A stretch of DNA of 64,000 bases from Chloropicon primus (taxonomy: Eukaryota): positions 124,001-188,000 of the forward strand of contig CP060760.1 in assembly GCA_023205875.1 (NCBI GenBank), given 5' to 3'. The first letter of the stretch is position 1, and each line of letters opens with the position of its first letter. Below, piece by piece: positions 32,446 through 44,942 of the stretch. Made by a program: the position numbers and the translations under genes. Below the pieces are notes generated by a model. That model was not told where the DNA came from. It saw nothing but the letters and a program-made list of their open reading frames with translations, and searched no databases.

Positions 32446-33296
32446 CTTGACCCAAAAACTTTAAAGTTCTTCTTCGTCAAAGGTTGAAAAAAAGAGAAAG
32501 CGTTTTGGTTTTCGTAGCGGGGACCAAGACCGGGTTCTTTAGCCGGTAGGTTCGTAGCGGTACGTTTTAACCCCAATGCAATAGCCGTCGTCCACGAAGG
32601 GTCGTCGAGCGATGCTTTTTTCGTTATGCTCGAGTTCGAGCGCTCGTTTCGCCCGAAACGCTGATTTTCGGCCATTTGCGCCGCCAACGGGGGATAAGAA
32701 GGGAAAGCTACAGGGACGATGCGTACACTGATGCGTGGTCGAGGTACACCCTTTGTGAGAAAACACAAGGAGAAGTGCAGGGGAGAGGGATGAAGGAGGG
32801 ATGAAGGATGTGAGGGACGAGACAAGGATTCATCCATGACTCCATCCCTCCATCCCTCTCTAGGACTCTCTCTCTCTCTCTCTCTAGGACAGGATTAAGT
32901 GATTGGTCTCTCTCTCTTGGTCTCTCTCTCTCGTGTTGTGGTTTGTTTGGGCTTCTCTGAAACTCCAACCCTGGGAGTGATGGGGTGGTGGGCTAGGGTG
33001 CCAGGGTGATTGACGTCAGGTCAGGGGTTTCGGGGTTCTCGTTGCATTAGAACGGAGTGCTGCTTGAAGTCTTTCAGGGGGGGGGCAGGGATTTACAGCT
33101 TTAGAGACACGCGAGAGGACGGTGCGATGGGGGGAGCGGTCGTCGAGAGAGAGAGAGAGTCCAAAAAGTGTGAGGCCCACAAGAAGTTTTTGTGTGCCCC
33201 GCTCCAAAGAATAATCAGCGAGGGAAGAATTATAATCCTATGTGAAATAGATACATTTGCGAATGGCCACCCAAACCAGCAAGCACGGCGCGAGCA

Positions 33297-34177
33297 TCAC
33301 TTCTTCTCCTCGTCCTCTGGGACTGGCTCGGGAACGGGCTCGTCGTCTACAATCATCCTTATCTTGTGGCCCTTTGGGACGTCCCACGGCTTCCACTCTG
33401 CTCCGAGGCAAAACCAAAAGCGACCCCGCGTCGTCAGTAATCGTTCTTTCCGCGCCCAAGAACCTGGCCGCGCGAGGGGGAGGGCCTCGTCGCCCGAGAA
33501 CTTACCTGCCATCTTCGGAATGAGGGAGAGCTCGTCCTTCGCGTGGAGGATGAGCTCCTCAAGCTGCCCCTGTCCGATCTCGTCCTCCATCTGCGCGCAA
33601 GTTCGAAAAGGAAGAGGAACAAGAAGAAGAAGAGACGGTGAGAAAAAGTTCGTTTGGGGTCTCAGGAGATATCTCTCCCTAATTGGCAAAACCAGCATCA
33701 CGCACCTGTTCTGGGCTAATATCCTTCGAGACGACTGCTAGCCTCTCGTTTGCCATCATCTCTACGCTCGTGCGGTACTGGGCATTCTCAGGGATCACCT
33801 TCACCTCCTGTGCCGTCCCGATGCCGAACGGGTTCCCAAATGAAATGAAACGGAGAGGAAGAGAAGACAAGGAGAGGCAGACAAGGCCACGAAAGAGAAA
33901 AAAGAAAAGTCGAGGTCAGCGCTAGCTCGCGTCCGCTCCGTCAATCCCCTGGCCACGTCCTCGGTCTCGACTCCCCACTTACCCTAAGTATCTTCTTCAG
34001 CAAGTGTCTGAGAGTTTCAGGTGCGTTCGGGTCGACTTCAACCCCAACGATTCCCGTCGTCGTTTTGTATCCTCTCGCCGTCTGCGTCTGTGGCAGAGCG
34101 AAGACGGACACAGCTCCCGCGTGCTGTGTCCGCAGGAGGTACTTGGTCGCCAATTGGCGCATGCAGGAGGACGCCAT
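33297..34177 (-). CDS. NDUFA5: Mitochondrial complex I subunit NDUFA5/B13 (introns 33808-33982, 33591-33705, 33398-33505)
   Basis: Spliced: KTTTGIVGVEVDP...IPENAQYRTSVE...EDEIGQGQLEELI...DELSLIPKMAEWKPW. Confidence 0.9.
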
Positions 34178-34630
34178 CGTATCGTACTCGTTCCCTCTCT
34201 CCGTTCCTGTCACTCGACACACACAAAACCAAAACCACTTCCGCCGAGGCCTCTGCTGCTCTGCTGCTCGAGCTCGAGGGAGGAAAAGGAAAATTGCTCG
34301 AGGGTCATCTCCTGGAGGATTGGATTGCAGAGGAGGAGGAGGAGGATCGGGAGGATCAGGAGGGAGGGAAGGGGAGCTTGGTTGGTTTGGTGGGACCGGA
34401 TCACACTATATCTCGGTTCTCTCTCTCTCTCTCTCTCCGTTGTTGCTGTTGTATTGATAGGGCTTGGCGAAAAGGAAATGAAAATGATGGAGGAGAGGAG
34501 AGGGGAGGGGAGTGGTGGATGAGTGGTCGGTTCCCTTTTTGAATACTGGGTGGAGACAACTTTTATAAATTAAACATCACGAATCCGGCGCTTACTTGGG
34601 CAACCAATCAAACCAGACCCCCCTCTCGGT

Positions 34631-35551
34631 TCAATTGCCTTTCCCGCTTTTCGAGGAGAACGTCTTCAGCAGGAGCACGGCAAAGGTTCTCTCTGCCTGG
34701 CTGATCTTCTCCTTGAGCATGAGCCCGATGGCGGCACTCAGCACCGTCTTGGTGAGCTGCTGGGGCAGGCCCTTGTACAGCCCCTTTGGGCCGTCTAGTT
34801 CTACAATCTTTTGCATGGCATGCGCCAGGCCTTTGTACTTTGCCCCGTGCACCGACTGGCAGAGCACCTTTCCCCTGATCGCAGGGTACGTCACCACGGT
34901 GGCCACGCACTTTGAGAACGCTCCGAGGAAGAAGGCCTGCTGCGCGGAGAGAGCGGCGTTCTTCCTCTTCTCCTTCCTCAGCAGGAACGACTTGACCTGG
35001 TCGAATATGGCGTACTGGAGCCCCGGGTTGATGGAGAGGAACAGGGAAGGCCCGAGCGCCGCGTACAGGCCAACGTCCTTCTTCTTCTTCTTCTTCTTCT
35101 CCTCATCATCATCACCCTTCCCCCTTCTCACGAGAACGTCCGACTGCTTCATGGTCACGTAAGTGTCGAGCGGCTGAGTCACCAGCACGTTCACGGAGCC
35201 CGCCAGCATGCCTATCAGCACGTTATCGAAGGCTTGTATGCGCCTCCCCGTCGCCTTCACCCTCTTCTTGATGTACTCGTACGTGTAAAAGAACAGGAAC
35301 TGCGAGACAATCGTTTGCACCGCCTTGGTTTCTATCCCGGTGTACAAGCTCACGAACCACTCCTTCCAGTTCTCATTCCCCTGAGCCTTGGTGTCCTCCT
35401 CCTCGGCCTTGCCCTGGTCCAAGCTCGCTTGCACTCTCGTCTTGCTCGTGTCCAGCGGGTAGAGCAACATCGTGCTGCAAAGCTGACCGAGAGCTCCAGC
35501 CGAAGCCTCCGACAACGTCGACAGCCATGGCATCCTCCTCCCTTTCCCCAT
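34631..35551 (-). CDS. Mitochondrial-carrier family protein, peroxisomal adenine nucleotide carrier-like (PNC/PMP34)
   Basis: YPLDTSKTRVQ, QPLDTY, INPGLQYAIFDQVK, GAFSKCVATVVTYPAIRGK. Confidence 0.85.
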   Translation of the reverse strand: MGKGRRMPWLSTLSEASAGALGQLCSTMLLYPLDTSKTRVQASLDQGKAEEEDTKAQGNENWKEWFVSLYTGIETKAVQTIVSQFLFFYTYEYIKKRVKATGRRIQAFDNVLIGMLAGSVNVLVTQPLDTYVTMKQSDVLVRRGKGDDDEEKKKKKKKDVGLYAALGPSLFLSINPGLQYAIFDQVKSFLLRKEKRKNAALSAQQAFFLGAFSKCVATVVTYPAIRGKVLCQSVHGAKYKGLAHAMQKIVELDGPKGLYKGLPQQLTKTVLSAAIGLMLKEKISQAERTFAVLLLKTFSSKSGKGN

Positions 35552-35563
35552 CCCGAACCCACA

Positions 35564-35605
<42 letters not shown>

Positions 35606-36162
35606 GTCTCACACAACAACACACGATTGGTGATGGCGATTGGAATGCACAAACAAGTGAGGAAAACCAAAGTGAAAGTGAAGCAGGAGAAGGAGCGTGT
35701 GTAACGGACGAAAGAGCGTTACGACCTCCCTCCCGCCTTCGTCGTCCCCAACGCGCACGACAACAACAACAACAACAACAAAGGCACCACGCCCAGGAGT
35801 CGAAAACAAGACCAAAGGTTCTTCTTCGCTCAGCGTCGGCGGGACACGTTACTTTTCTAGGCGCCGCGGAGGCCGACCGACGAGAGACGGGTGGGAAGGG
35901 AGGGGCGAGGTTGTCGTCCTTGGGTGTCGTCTGCGTCTGTCTCCCTCTCCTCTCTCCTCTCTCCTCCTCCTCTCTCTTTCTTTCTCTTTCTCTTTCTCTT
36001 TCTTTTGCTCGTGCGTTACGGTGGAGTGCGAGAGGAAACGCCTCCTCCTGTCAGGTGGAGGAGACCAGACCCGGAGTCGAGGACGAGCCAAGGTGGGCGG
36101 CGGTTGGGAAGGGCGTCTCGTGATCTTTCGAATGAGCCCTCGCTCGCGCTCTGGCTCGCGCG

Positions 36163-37185
36163 ATGAATTCCTTTCATATTTTGGTGAGCCTGCCGAGGGG
36201 GGAGGAGGAAGGGACACCAGAGAAAGAGAAAGTCTCGGCCACCAGCACGTCTGCTTCTCCGCCGGTACCGAGCACTGTGGCGAGCCTGGGCCGAAGCTCC
36301 TCCGCGTTGGACCTCAGAACGTGCATGAGGAGGACGATGGACGTGTTCCGGCGGAAGAGGATCGTGAGGGAGGCCTCGACCATCGGCAGGGGGATGGCGA
36401 GGACCCTGAGCTGCGGGAGCTTGCCCCCGGCGTGGACCGCGACTGACGGGGCTTCGACGAGGAAGAAGATCGCGTTCCTGAGCTCGCAGGGGGTGGTGAG
36501 GAAGGAGTCGGTGGACATACCCTCGGTCCAATCGATGCCGCTGAAGAAGAAGCACTGGCTCGAGGCCGTGGACACGAAGCACAGGTACGGCTCCAACCTT
36601 TCCAGGTACTACGAGATCTGGAAGGAGACCTCGAGCCGGGAGAACTTCTTCGTGTGGCTGGACCACGGCCCCGGCAGGGAGCTGGACCTCCCGGACTGCC
36701 CCAGGGAGGTGCTGGACAAGGAGGTCATCAAGTACCTCACGACCCAGGAGCGAGAAAAGTACGAGGTCGTCGTGAAGGATGGGATCATGGCGTACAAGGA
36801 GACGGGGAGCCCCGTTCACACCATGGACCGCGAGCCTCCTTCCTCTTACGGCCAGGAAGCAGGCGAAGGGAGCCGGCCAGGGGAGCCGGACGACATGAAG
36901 CAGAACGACACGTGGATATTCGTGTGCTCTCCCGAGGGCAAGATTTATGTGGGGAAGAAGAGGCTCAACCCTTCGCCTAGGTTCCAGCACTCGAGCTTTC
37001 TGGCGGGAGGGGCCGCGCTCGCAGCGGGGCAGATGGACGTCCATCGAGGAAAGGTGATCGAGGTGCGAGCCTTCTCCGGCCACTACCGGCCGAAGCGGGA
37101 GAACCTGCTGGCTTTCCTTCAGATGCTGAACGACAACGGGGTGGACACCAGGCAGGTGCGATTCAGGCAGTTTAAATCCAAGTGA
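36163..37185 (+). CDS. IQM-family (plant IQM1-like) protein
   Basis: HWLEAVDTKHRYG, FFVWLDHGPG, FQHSSFLAGGA, SGHYRP. Confidence 0.85.
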   Translation: MNSFHILVSLPRGEEEGTPEKEKVSATSTSASPPVPSTVASLGRSSSALDLRTCMRRTMDVFRRKRIVREASTIGRGMARTLSCGSLPPAWTATDGASTRKKIAFLSSQGVVRKESVDIPSVQSMPLKKKHWLEAVDTKHRYGSNLSRYYEIWKETSSRENFFVWLDHGPGRELDLPDCPREVLDKEVIKYLTTQEREKYEVVVKDGIMAYKETGSPVHTMDREPPSSYGQEAGEGSRPGEPDDMKQNDTWIFVCSPEGKIYVGKKRLNPSPRFQHSSFLAGGAALAAGQMDVHRGKVIEVRAFSGHYRPKRENLLAFLQMLNDNGVDTRQVRFRQFKSK

Positions 37186-37241
37186 CTGACCTTGTACACA
37201 ATAGGATACACCATAGGATTACACGCGTGCCGCTGCTGTTG

Positions 37242-38468
37242 CTACGAGAAACTCCTCGTCTCTCCGTGCTCCAGGACACAAAATGGGTTCAGATCCCCTT
37301 TCCTCATCTCGCTCGCCAGCAGCCTGGGTGGCTCTAGGACGGGCTCCGCCGTGAGCTGAAAGGTTCCCCAATGAATTCCGATGGATTGCCTCGACTTCAA
37401 GAGGACGTGGCACTTCACCGCTTCCTCGCAATTCATGTGGACCGGCTTCATGAACCAGCGCTCGGTCTCGTGGCCGTAAGCCCCGATCGGGATCGCCGCG
37501 AGGTCGATGGGTCCGAACGCTTCGCCGATTCCCTTGAAGATGGATTCACAGAACCCCGTGTCGCCGCCAAAGTAAAACGTTTTCCCTTCCCCCTGGACTA
37601 TCCAACTGCACCACAGCGTGCGGTTCCTGTCTCTCACGCCCCTCGAGGTGAAATGCTGGCACGGCAAGCAAGTAAGCAGGAGTCCGCCACCTTTCCCGGG
37701 GGTCTGGAGGTTCACCTGCTCCGTCCAGTCCAGCTCCACGACGTTCCGGATCCCAAGCTTCCTGAACCACTTTGCCAGACCTAGAGGAACGAAGAAGACC
37801 GGCTTGAACCGCTTGGCAACTTCAAGGACAGTCGAGGCATCCAGGTGATCGTAGTGGTTGTGAGATATGCACACGACGTCGACGGCCACGGTGAGGTCCT
37901 CCAACTTGAGAGGGCACTCTTGCAATCTCTCTGGCCCGACCCACTGGCTTGGCGAGCAGCGCCGGCTCAGGACAGGGTCGAAGAGCACGCAGTGCTCACC
38001 CACACGCAGGACCATGCTCGCGTGACCCAAGAACGTCGCCTGCAGGTCTCCTCGTGGCAACTGCGAACCGAGCTTGGTGTGGTCGACGGGAAAACCTTTG
38101 AGTCGAAGGAGTTCATCCTTGGTCGGTCTCGGGGTGGCCACGACGTTCCTCCTCCACTTGACGAAGTCCAAGAAACCAAAGCTCTTGGCCCCAGGAAAGT
38201 GCCTCGGATCGTGAACGAATACAGAACCATCTTCGCTTCTCGTCGATCGAGGCAATGGCAATGGCAATGGCAATGGCGATGGCGAACCTCCGACGAGGTA
38301 ACGCCTGCTTTTCACATCTCGAAAGCAAGGGAGGTCCTCGTCGTCTGGAACCTCCTTCCGGCTGTAATCCACGAAGACTTTGCGCCAACCCATCGACGAC
38401 GAGGACGACCCAAAGTCCTTCACGACAGACAGAAAACCGTTTAATGGCCAATGGCGGGAATTGGACAT
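37242..38468 (-). CDS. NAPEPLD: N-acyl-phosphatidylethanolamine phospholipase D (metallo-beta-lactamase fold)
   Basis: FLGHAS, ISHNHYDHLD, VELDW, PCQHF, FGGDTG, IPIGAY, IHWGTF. Confidence 0.88.
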   Translation of the reverse strand: MSNSRHWPLNGFLSVVKDFGSSSSSMGWRKVFVDYSRKEVPDDEDLPCFRDVKSRRYLVGGSPSPLPLPLPLPRSTRSEDGSVFVHDPRHFPGAKSFGFLDFVKWRRNVVATPRPTKDELLRLKGFPVDHTKLGSQLPRGDLQATFLGHASMVLRVGEHCVLFDPVLSRRCSPSQWVGPERLQECPLKLEDLTVAVDVVCISHNHYDHLDASTVLEVAKRFKPVFFVPLGLAKWFRKLGIRNVVELDWTEQVNLQTPGKGGGLLLTCLPCQHFTSRGVRDRNRTLWCSWIVQGEGKTFYFGGDTGFCESIFKGIGEAFGPIDLAAIPIGAYGHETERWFMKPVHMNCEEAVKCHVLLKSRQSIGIHWGTFQLTAEPVLEPPRLLASEMRKGDLNPFCVLEHGETRSFS

Positions 38469-38752
38469 TTTTATCGTCCGTTTCTTCTTCCCTTCCCGCC
38501 ATTTTTCTGCTGTTCAAGGGTGAAGCAGAGAGGGTAGAGGAGCGAGGAAAGAGGACAAAGCGATTCATGTGTGAAGGCGCGTCTCGCGGGCTCTTGATTC
38601 GTGCCTCGGCCGACTGGTTTGGCTTGCTTTTGTTTCATATAACGTAGCTCTTCGCCATCTTCATCTTCATCTTCATCTTCATCTTCATCGGCATCGGCAT
38701 CAACGTCGTCACCATTGTCAGAGGAGGCAGAGGCTTTGGAGGCTTGAGGGGG

Positions 38753-40451
38753 ATGAGGAAGCCCGTGGCGGTCTCGGTCTCGGACGGGTGGGGGCGAAGC
38801 GGGAAAGAGTCCAAGCCGGTGCGTGTCAAGGTCGAGGAAAACGACGACGGCGAGAAGTCCTTCAGCCATGATGAGATTGCTGGGCTCAGGAGGGTCCTCC
38901 TGCAGTGGTACGACGTGAACCACAGGGTTCTCCCCTGGCGCAGGAATCCTCACAGCGTGAAGGCGGAGAGCAAGGAGGGCGCCCTGGCGAGTGCCGCCGC
39001 GGCGGAGGACAAGAGCGGGTTCGCGTATTGCGTCTGGGTTTCAGAGGTCATGCTGCAGCAGACGAGGGTGGAGACCGTGAAGGACTATTACTTGAGGTGG
39101 ATGCAAAAGTATCCGACAGTGGAGGACCTCGCCAATGCGGACATAGAGGAGGTGAACAAGTTGTGGGCCGGGTTGGGCTACTACAGGTGAGGACGCTCTC
39201 TTCACGCTCTCGCGCACGCCATCATGAGGGCGAGCTATCTGTTTTGGGCCACTGACGTCTTCTCCTCTGCTGGGGTTTGGTCTCGCAGGAGAGCCCGGTT
39301 TCTTCTGGAGGGGGCAAAGTACGTTTGTGAGCATTGCGGGGGCAAAATGCCGTCCCAAGTGGAAGACCTCCACAAAATTCCCGGCGTGGGGTTGTATACC
39401 GCATCCGCCATCGCCTCCATCGCGTTCGGCAGGCGGGCAGGCGTCGTGGATGGGAACGTGATCCGGGTGCTTTCGCGACTGCGAGCTTTGCCGGGGGATC
39501 CAAGGGCGCCCAGTGTGAGTTGATTTCCGCCCGAAGCGCCCCCTCCTCCCTTTCCGTGCCACTGACCTCGCCTTGACTTCGCTCTCTCTCTTTCTCTCGC
39601 ACCGCAGAACACAAAGTTGCAGTGGAAGCTGGCGAATTCGATCGTGGACGCAGATCGACCGGGTTGCTTCAACCAGGCTTTGATGGAGCTCGGGGCTACT
39701 GTGTGCACCCCCAAAGCGCCCAAGTGCGACAGCTGCCCCGTGAGCGGCAGTTGCCATGCTCTGCAGAAGGTCAAGTCCTGGGGCAAGAAAAGTAATCCAC
39801 CGAGCGTGATGGACTATCCCGAGAAGGTGAAGAAGAAACCGCCGAGGGAAGAAACAATTCGGTGCTGCATAACGATCCTTTCCGTGGAAGATCAGAGCTA
39901 CTTTGTGCTGGTGAAGCGGCCGGAAAAGGGGCTCTTGGCTGGGTTGTGGGAGTTTCCAAATGTCACCCTCAGCGGGGAGGGTGGTGCATCTCAGGTTGGT
40001 CTACCAAAACGTCTGCTCTCCGCTTGTCTCGTCGCCTGACTCCTCTCTCTCGTCTTCTCGCCTTTCGCAGGAGTCGGAGAGCGCAAGAAACCCTCAAGGA
40101 AGGGAGCAGCTCACAGCTCTGGTGAACGAGATCCTGGAGAACAGCTCCCTGGAGGTGTGCTCTGAGGGCGGCCACCAGGATCTCGCTGAGATAGGCTCGT
40201 TCGATCACATCTTTTCTCATATCAAGCAGAAATCGGTTGTCGACGTGGTTCGGCTGGAAGCGGACCTCAAGGCCCTCGAGGCGCTCAGGGAGAAGGAGAG
40301 GGTGTGGGTCATGCCTTGTGACTCCGAGGAGGGCATAAAGTCGCTGTCCACGGGAGTGAGGAAAGCGATCAAGCTCCAAAAGGCGGGGAGCAAGAGCAAG
40401 AAAGCCAGCAACCAGTGCACACTAGAGCAATTCTTTGGGAAGAAAAAGTAG
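38753..40451 (+). CDS. MUTYH: Adenine DNA glycosylase MUTYH (introns 39187-39288, 39515-39607, 39995-40070)
   Basis: [35 protein letters not shown], Fe-[31 protein letters not shown]-box QCTLEQFF. Confidence 0.93.
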
Positions 40452-40493
40452 GAAACGCCTTCTTGTAACGCGTTGCATCTCACTTTCGAGGTT

Positions 40494-42149
40494 TTAGTCG
40501 ACGCTGTTCACGTCCCCCCCCTCTGAGTCCTCGTCTTTCATCTTCTTTTGCTGGAACTTGAAGAGAGCGTCCTGCAGCTTTTGGTTCGCGTCCTGGGCTT
40601 TGGAAAGCCCCTGAGAGGGCTTTGGCGTGGCCGAGCTCTCGAAGATTTCTCCGAGTTTCTTCAGGGCAAGCGCCCTCTCCTTCCTGTCGACTTTTTCCTT
40701 GAAGACCCCTTTGCACGCCTGTGCCACGGTGTCTTCGATGTCCACGACATTCGCAGCCCACATCGCCTCCAGCACCAAGGGCAGGGCCATCTCCTCCATT
40801 TTTGCCTTCTTCTTGTCGGAACCGTCCCCACCACCCTTGGACGACGACGCCTCCGCGCTGCTGCTGGACCCCAGAGCCAGCTTCTTGTCCTTCTCGTTCA
40901 TCTTTTGTATCTCAAAATGAGCCTGCATGACTTTCATCGCGGCCCCCGCCACCTTCATTCGCGACTTGAGCTTTTGCTTCTGCATCTTCATTCCCGCCCC
41001 CAGCCCGGTCAAGCCACCGAGGGCCTTGGTGGCCTGAATTTTGTACACGTTCGCGATCACTCTGAGAAGCTGCTCCCCGAAACTGCAAGTGGAGAGCTCC
41101 TTGCCGTACAAGTGCATCTTCTTCATGAAGCTTTCTTTTTCCCCGTGCACCCAAGGAGACAGGAGGTCCTTCAGGGATGCCACTAGCTTGGCCACCCTCG
41201 CGCTCTGAATCTCCTTCATCTCGCTTTGGTCCATCTCGCCCCCCCGGCTCGTGGCGGTCGCCAGAATCAGCTCCCCGATCAGCGGCTCGAAATCTTCCGC
41301 CCCGAACAATATTGTGAACACGCAAGCATAGTCCATGAAGTTCACATCCAACGAGTCCTTCCCGTGCTTGTCGTACTTTGCCCGCATCTCGTGGTCGCTC
41401 AGGACTTGGTACGCCTCCCCCAGCAGCTGAAACCTCGCGTGCGCGTCCTCGTTCTCCTTGTTCTTGTCCGGGTGGTACTTGCGAGCCAGGAGATAGTACG
41501 CTTTCTTGATCTCCCCCTCGGTGGCGTCCCTGCTCACCCCCAAGACCTTGTAGTAGTCCGCCTCCTCCCCCTCCTCCAGCGCAGTGGCGAGGTACACGTC
41601 CTGGGGCCCCGCGGCCCTGAGCCTCGTCCTCTCGTCGTACGGCGGCCTCGGCGATGCCACCACCAGCGCGTTCCCCGACCCCTTCTCCACCCACTTCCTC
41701 TTCTCGGGGTCCCACACCTTGCCCTTGGAGTACTGCCACGCGGCGTTCGGCGTGTTCACGCAGCCCCTCGTGACCTGGATGCAGCACACGCAAGCCCCGG
41801 AGAGGGGGAGCACGACGAAGCCGAGGACCCCCAAGCCCAGCCCCTTGAAGCACCCGACGCAGGTCCCCCCCGGCCTGCAGCTCGCCCTCGCGGACTTGTT
41901 CTTCCTCGCCTCTTCCTCGTCGATCTCCTGCTCAAGGGCGTTGGACTCCGTCACCGCTCCGTACAGCGGCAGGCACAGGAGCGAGAACGCCCCGCCCAGC
42001 ACGCCCTTGAGCAGGCTCTTCAGACCCGAAGCGCACCCCGCCCTCACATCCCTCGGCTTCTTCAGGGAGAACAAGTTGTTCGCACCCTCGAGGCCGTCCT
42101 CCTGCAGCCACTTGGACGATCTCGGCAACGATCCCTGCTGACCCACCAT
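40494..42149 (-). CDS. DnaJ protein with DnaJ-X domain and hydrophobic N-terminal extension
   Basis: DYYKVLGV...KYHPDKN J-domain; [35 protein letters not shown]. Confidence 0.88.
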   Translation of the reverse strand: MVGQQGSLPRSSKWLQEDGLEGANNLFSLKKPRDVRAGCASGLKSLLKGVLGGAFSLLCLPLYGAVTESNALEQEIDEEEARKNKSARASCRPGGTCVGCFKGLGLGVLGFVVLPLSGACVCCIQVTRGCVNTPNAAWQYSKGKVWDPEKRKWVEKGSGNALVVASPRPPYDERTRLRAAGPQDVYLATALEEGEEADYYKVLGVSRDATEGEIKKAYYLLARKYHPDKNKENEDAHARFQLLGEAYQVLSDHEMRAKYDKHGKDSLDVNFMDYACVFTILFGAEDFEPLIGELILATATSRGGEMDQSEMKEIQSARVAKLVASLKDLLSPWVHGEKESFMKKMHLYGKELSTCSFGEQLLRVIANVYKIQATKALGGLTGLGAGMKMQKQKLKSRMKVAGAAMKVMQAHFEIQKMNEKDKKLALGSSSSAEASSSKGGGDGSDKKKAKMEEMALPLVLEAMWAANVVDIEDTVAQACKGVFKEKVDRKERALALKKLGEIFESSATPKPSQGLSKAQDANQKLQDALFKFQQKKMKDEDSEGGDVNSVD

Positions 42150-42591
42150 CCCCAACCACTCCGAGGGTATTTATCAATCGACAGAGCAAGGGAAGACGCT
42201 TCCCTTCCCTTCCCCTCCCCTCTCTGTCTCTGTCTCTCTCTCTCTCTATGTCTCCCCTCGATGAGGAAGAACTTCTCGTGCACTCCGGCCACCAAACGAG
42301 TCAACCAAGGTACCAATGGAAAAAGCAAGAGAAGACGCTTCCGTTGAACGTCACTCGGTCCTCCCTCTCTCCCTCTCTCCTCCTCTCTCTCCTCCTCTCT
42401 CGGGTCTCCTCCTCTCGCCTCCTGGTCTCTCCCGCCAAAAAAAAACCAGAAATTATTTTTCGCGGGAGAATTGTAACCGATGAGAGAGACGAAACGGACG
42501 GGACGGAAGGTGCGAAGCGTCTCGTCCTCCTCTTTCGATACAACGCTCTAGCATTCGCTGTGGGAGCACGTCATCATCAGCAGCATCGGTG

Positions 42592-43869
42592 ATGGCGAGG
42601 TTGGTTGCGGTGGCGTTGGTTGTGGTGGCGTTGTGCGGGTTGGGTGTGGAAGGGGGTCCAACGCCAGTCATCCTCGTGCCTGGGATAGCTGGGAGTCAGC
42701 TCGAGGTTAGACTCAACTCCAGTTACGAGGCACCGAGATGGTACTGCAGAAAAGGGGGCACGGGCGGTTGGACCCACGTCTGGTTCAATCTGGAGGACTA
42801 CGTCACGGCGGAGTGCGTGGCCAAGGAGCTCCACGTGAACGTCGATGTTGTTGAGGGCGACCGGCTGAGGTACTCGAACGCCGTGGGCGTGGAGGTCAGG
42901 CCGGTCGAAGGTTTGGCCGGCATCAAGTGCCTGGACCCCCATTTCTGCGAGCTCACGGCGTACTTCGAGCCCCTCATCGAGTTTCTTGAGTCCCAAGGCG
43001 GGTACGTCCTGGGAGAGACGCTCTTCGGCGCTCCTTACGACTTCAGGATGGCCGGAGACGGGCTGACTCAGTTGGGGTACGAGGAAAAGCTGACGCGGCT
43101 CATAGAGGAGATCGTGCAGAAGCAGCAGAGGCGGGTGACGCTCGTCGCCCACTCCATGGGAGGGATGGTGGTCACGTACTTCTTGGCTGGCAAGACGAAG
43201 ACCTGGTGCGACAGCCACGTGGAGACGGTGGTCACAGTCTCGTCACCCTACGGCGGCTCGTTCTTGGCTCTCCAGGGCTCCGTCTCCGGCGACCCCATAG
43301 GGTTGCCGTTCTACCACGATGCGTTTTTGGGGGTGCAAGCCAACTCGCCCAGCGGTCCCTGGCTCTTTCCTGCGAGTGGGCTCTTTAACCCCGAGGAGCC
43401 TGCGGTCGTCACGAAGGGGAAGAATTATACTGCTACGGCGGAGAGCTATGCCGAGCTCCTTTCGGACCTCGGCAGGAGCGAGCAGCTCAAGGCTTTGAGG
43501 GGCGTGCGAAGCCTGCGGGGAATCATGTTCGACCACGAGGGGGGGCCAAAGTACCCCGAGTTCTCTGGCCAAATGAATCACATTTGCTTCATAGGCGGCG
43601 GCCGCCCCACACCTTTGCAGTTCACCTACGACGATGTGGACTCCTTCTCTCCCGGCATGGATCCTCCAGCACCAAAATACACAAAGTTCGGGGACGGGGA
43701 CGGAATCGTCGATATCGACTCGCTCAAGCATTGCTCTCTCCCGGGCACAAACAGCACCGTCATTTCTATGCCCGGCCAGGAGCATCTGGCGATAATAAAA
43801 TCACCGGAGTTTCAAGCCGGATTGCTCAGCGTGTTGATGGCAAAGAGAGGGGTGAAAACTGTATCATAA
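42592..43869 (+). CDS. LCAT / group XV phospholipase A2-like secreted acyltransferase
   Basis: Signal peptide, PVILVPGIAGSQLE, GAPYDFR, VAHSMGG, GDGIV, EHLAII. Confidence 0.9.
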   Translation: MARLVAVALVVVALCGLGVEGGPTPVILVPGIAGSQLEVRLNSSYEAPRWYCRKGGTGGWTHVWFNLEDYVTAECVAKELHVNVDVVEGDRLRYSNAVGVEVRPVEGLAGIKCLDPHFCELTAYFEPLIEFLESQGGYVLGETLFGAPYDFRMAGDGLTQLGYEEKLTRLIEEIVQKQQRRVTLVAHSMGGMVVTYFLAGKTKTWCDSHVETVVTVSSPYGGSFLALQGSVSGDPIGLPFYHDAFLGVQANSPSGPWLFPASGLFNPEEPAVVTKGKNYTATAESYAELLSDLGRSEQLKALRGVRSLRGIMFDHEGGPKYPEFSGQMNHICFIGGGRPTPLQFTYDDVDSFSPGMDPPAPKYTKFGDGDGIVDIDSLKHCSLPGTNSTVISMPGQEHLAIIKSPEFQAGLLSVLMAKRGVKTVS

Positions 43870-44522
43870 CTTTAAGTCCTCCATATCCAGCTTCTCCAGC
43901 TTTGGCAGCCACTTGATAACTTTGCTCCTGTACTCTTCCCTCTTGACGGGATTCCCTTCCAGGTACAGGGTCCTCAGCTCACCTAATGTCTCCACGCCCT
44001 GCACCTGTTTTATCTTGTTGTTGTCCAGCCACAGGTCCTCTAGTTTCACCAACGTCTCCAGCCCCTCCATCTCCTTGATCTGGTTCGAGGCCAGGTCCAA
44101 AATCGTCAGACTCGTCAGGCTCTCCAACCCCTCGATCTTCGTCAGGCCATTGAAACTCAAGTAGAGCTCCTCCAGATTGGCGAGGGTCGCGAGGCCATCG
44201 ATCTTGGTGAGCCTGTTGTTTTGGATGCTCAGTTTCGTCAGATTCGTCAGGGTGGCCAGCCCACTGACCTCCTCGATCTTGTTCTTTCCCAACCACAACT
44301 CTTTCAGGTTCCCCAGAGCCTGGACACGCTCCATATTCCGGATACGGTTGCACCCCAGCTCCAGAAGGGTCAGCCGGCTGAGGTGCTCTATCGACTCTAT
44401 TTCACTGATCTTGTTCGAGGCGAGGTACAGCTCCTCCACGGAGTCGGACACCTTCGCCACCAGCTCCATGGAACGAATCTGTGGAAGAATCAAAAGGACC
44501 AAGCAAGCGGGTCAGTCGACGC

Positions 44523-44559
<37 letters not shown>

Positions 44560-44909
44560 CGAACAAGTTGGAGTCCGCCTTACCTTGTTATACGAAAAGT
44601 CCACTTTCGTGGCGACTTTGAAGTTGTGCAGGGATGGCAATCGCTTGATCAGATTGTCGTACAGAACCATCTCAACGAGGACCCCAGCACTCTTCATGTC
44701 CTCCAGAGCCTCGACGTTCCCCAGCAAGTTTTTCCGGAAGCTGATCTTCTTCAGGCCTTCCAACTTGACGATCCTTTCATCGATCGCCTTCAGCCTGTTC
44801 TCCGTCAAGTCAATCTCCTCCACGTCGTCCCCGATTTCAACCTGAAGAAGACAACGCAAAGCCAAACGCAAAGCCAGCGGTCAGACAAATCCTCTCTGTC
44901 TGTTTCTGC

Positions 44910-44942
<33 letters not shown>

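Noticed and set aside
34631..35551. Peroxisomal ATP carrier clustered with the peroxisomal oxalate ligase fusion
   Set aside because: About 20 kb and a dozen unrelated genes apart; no evidence of linkage
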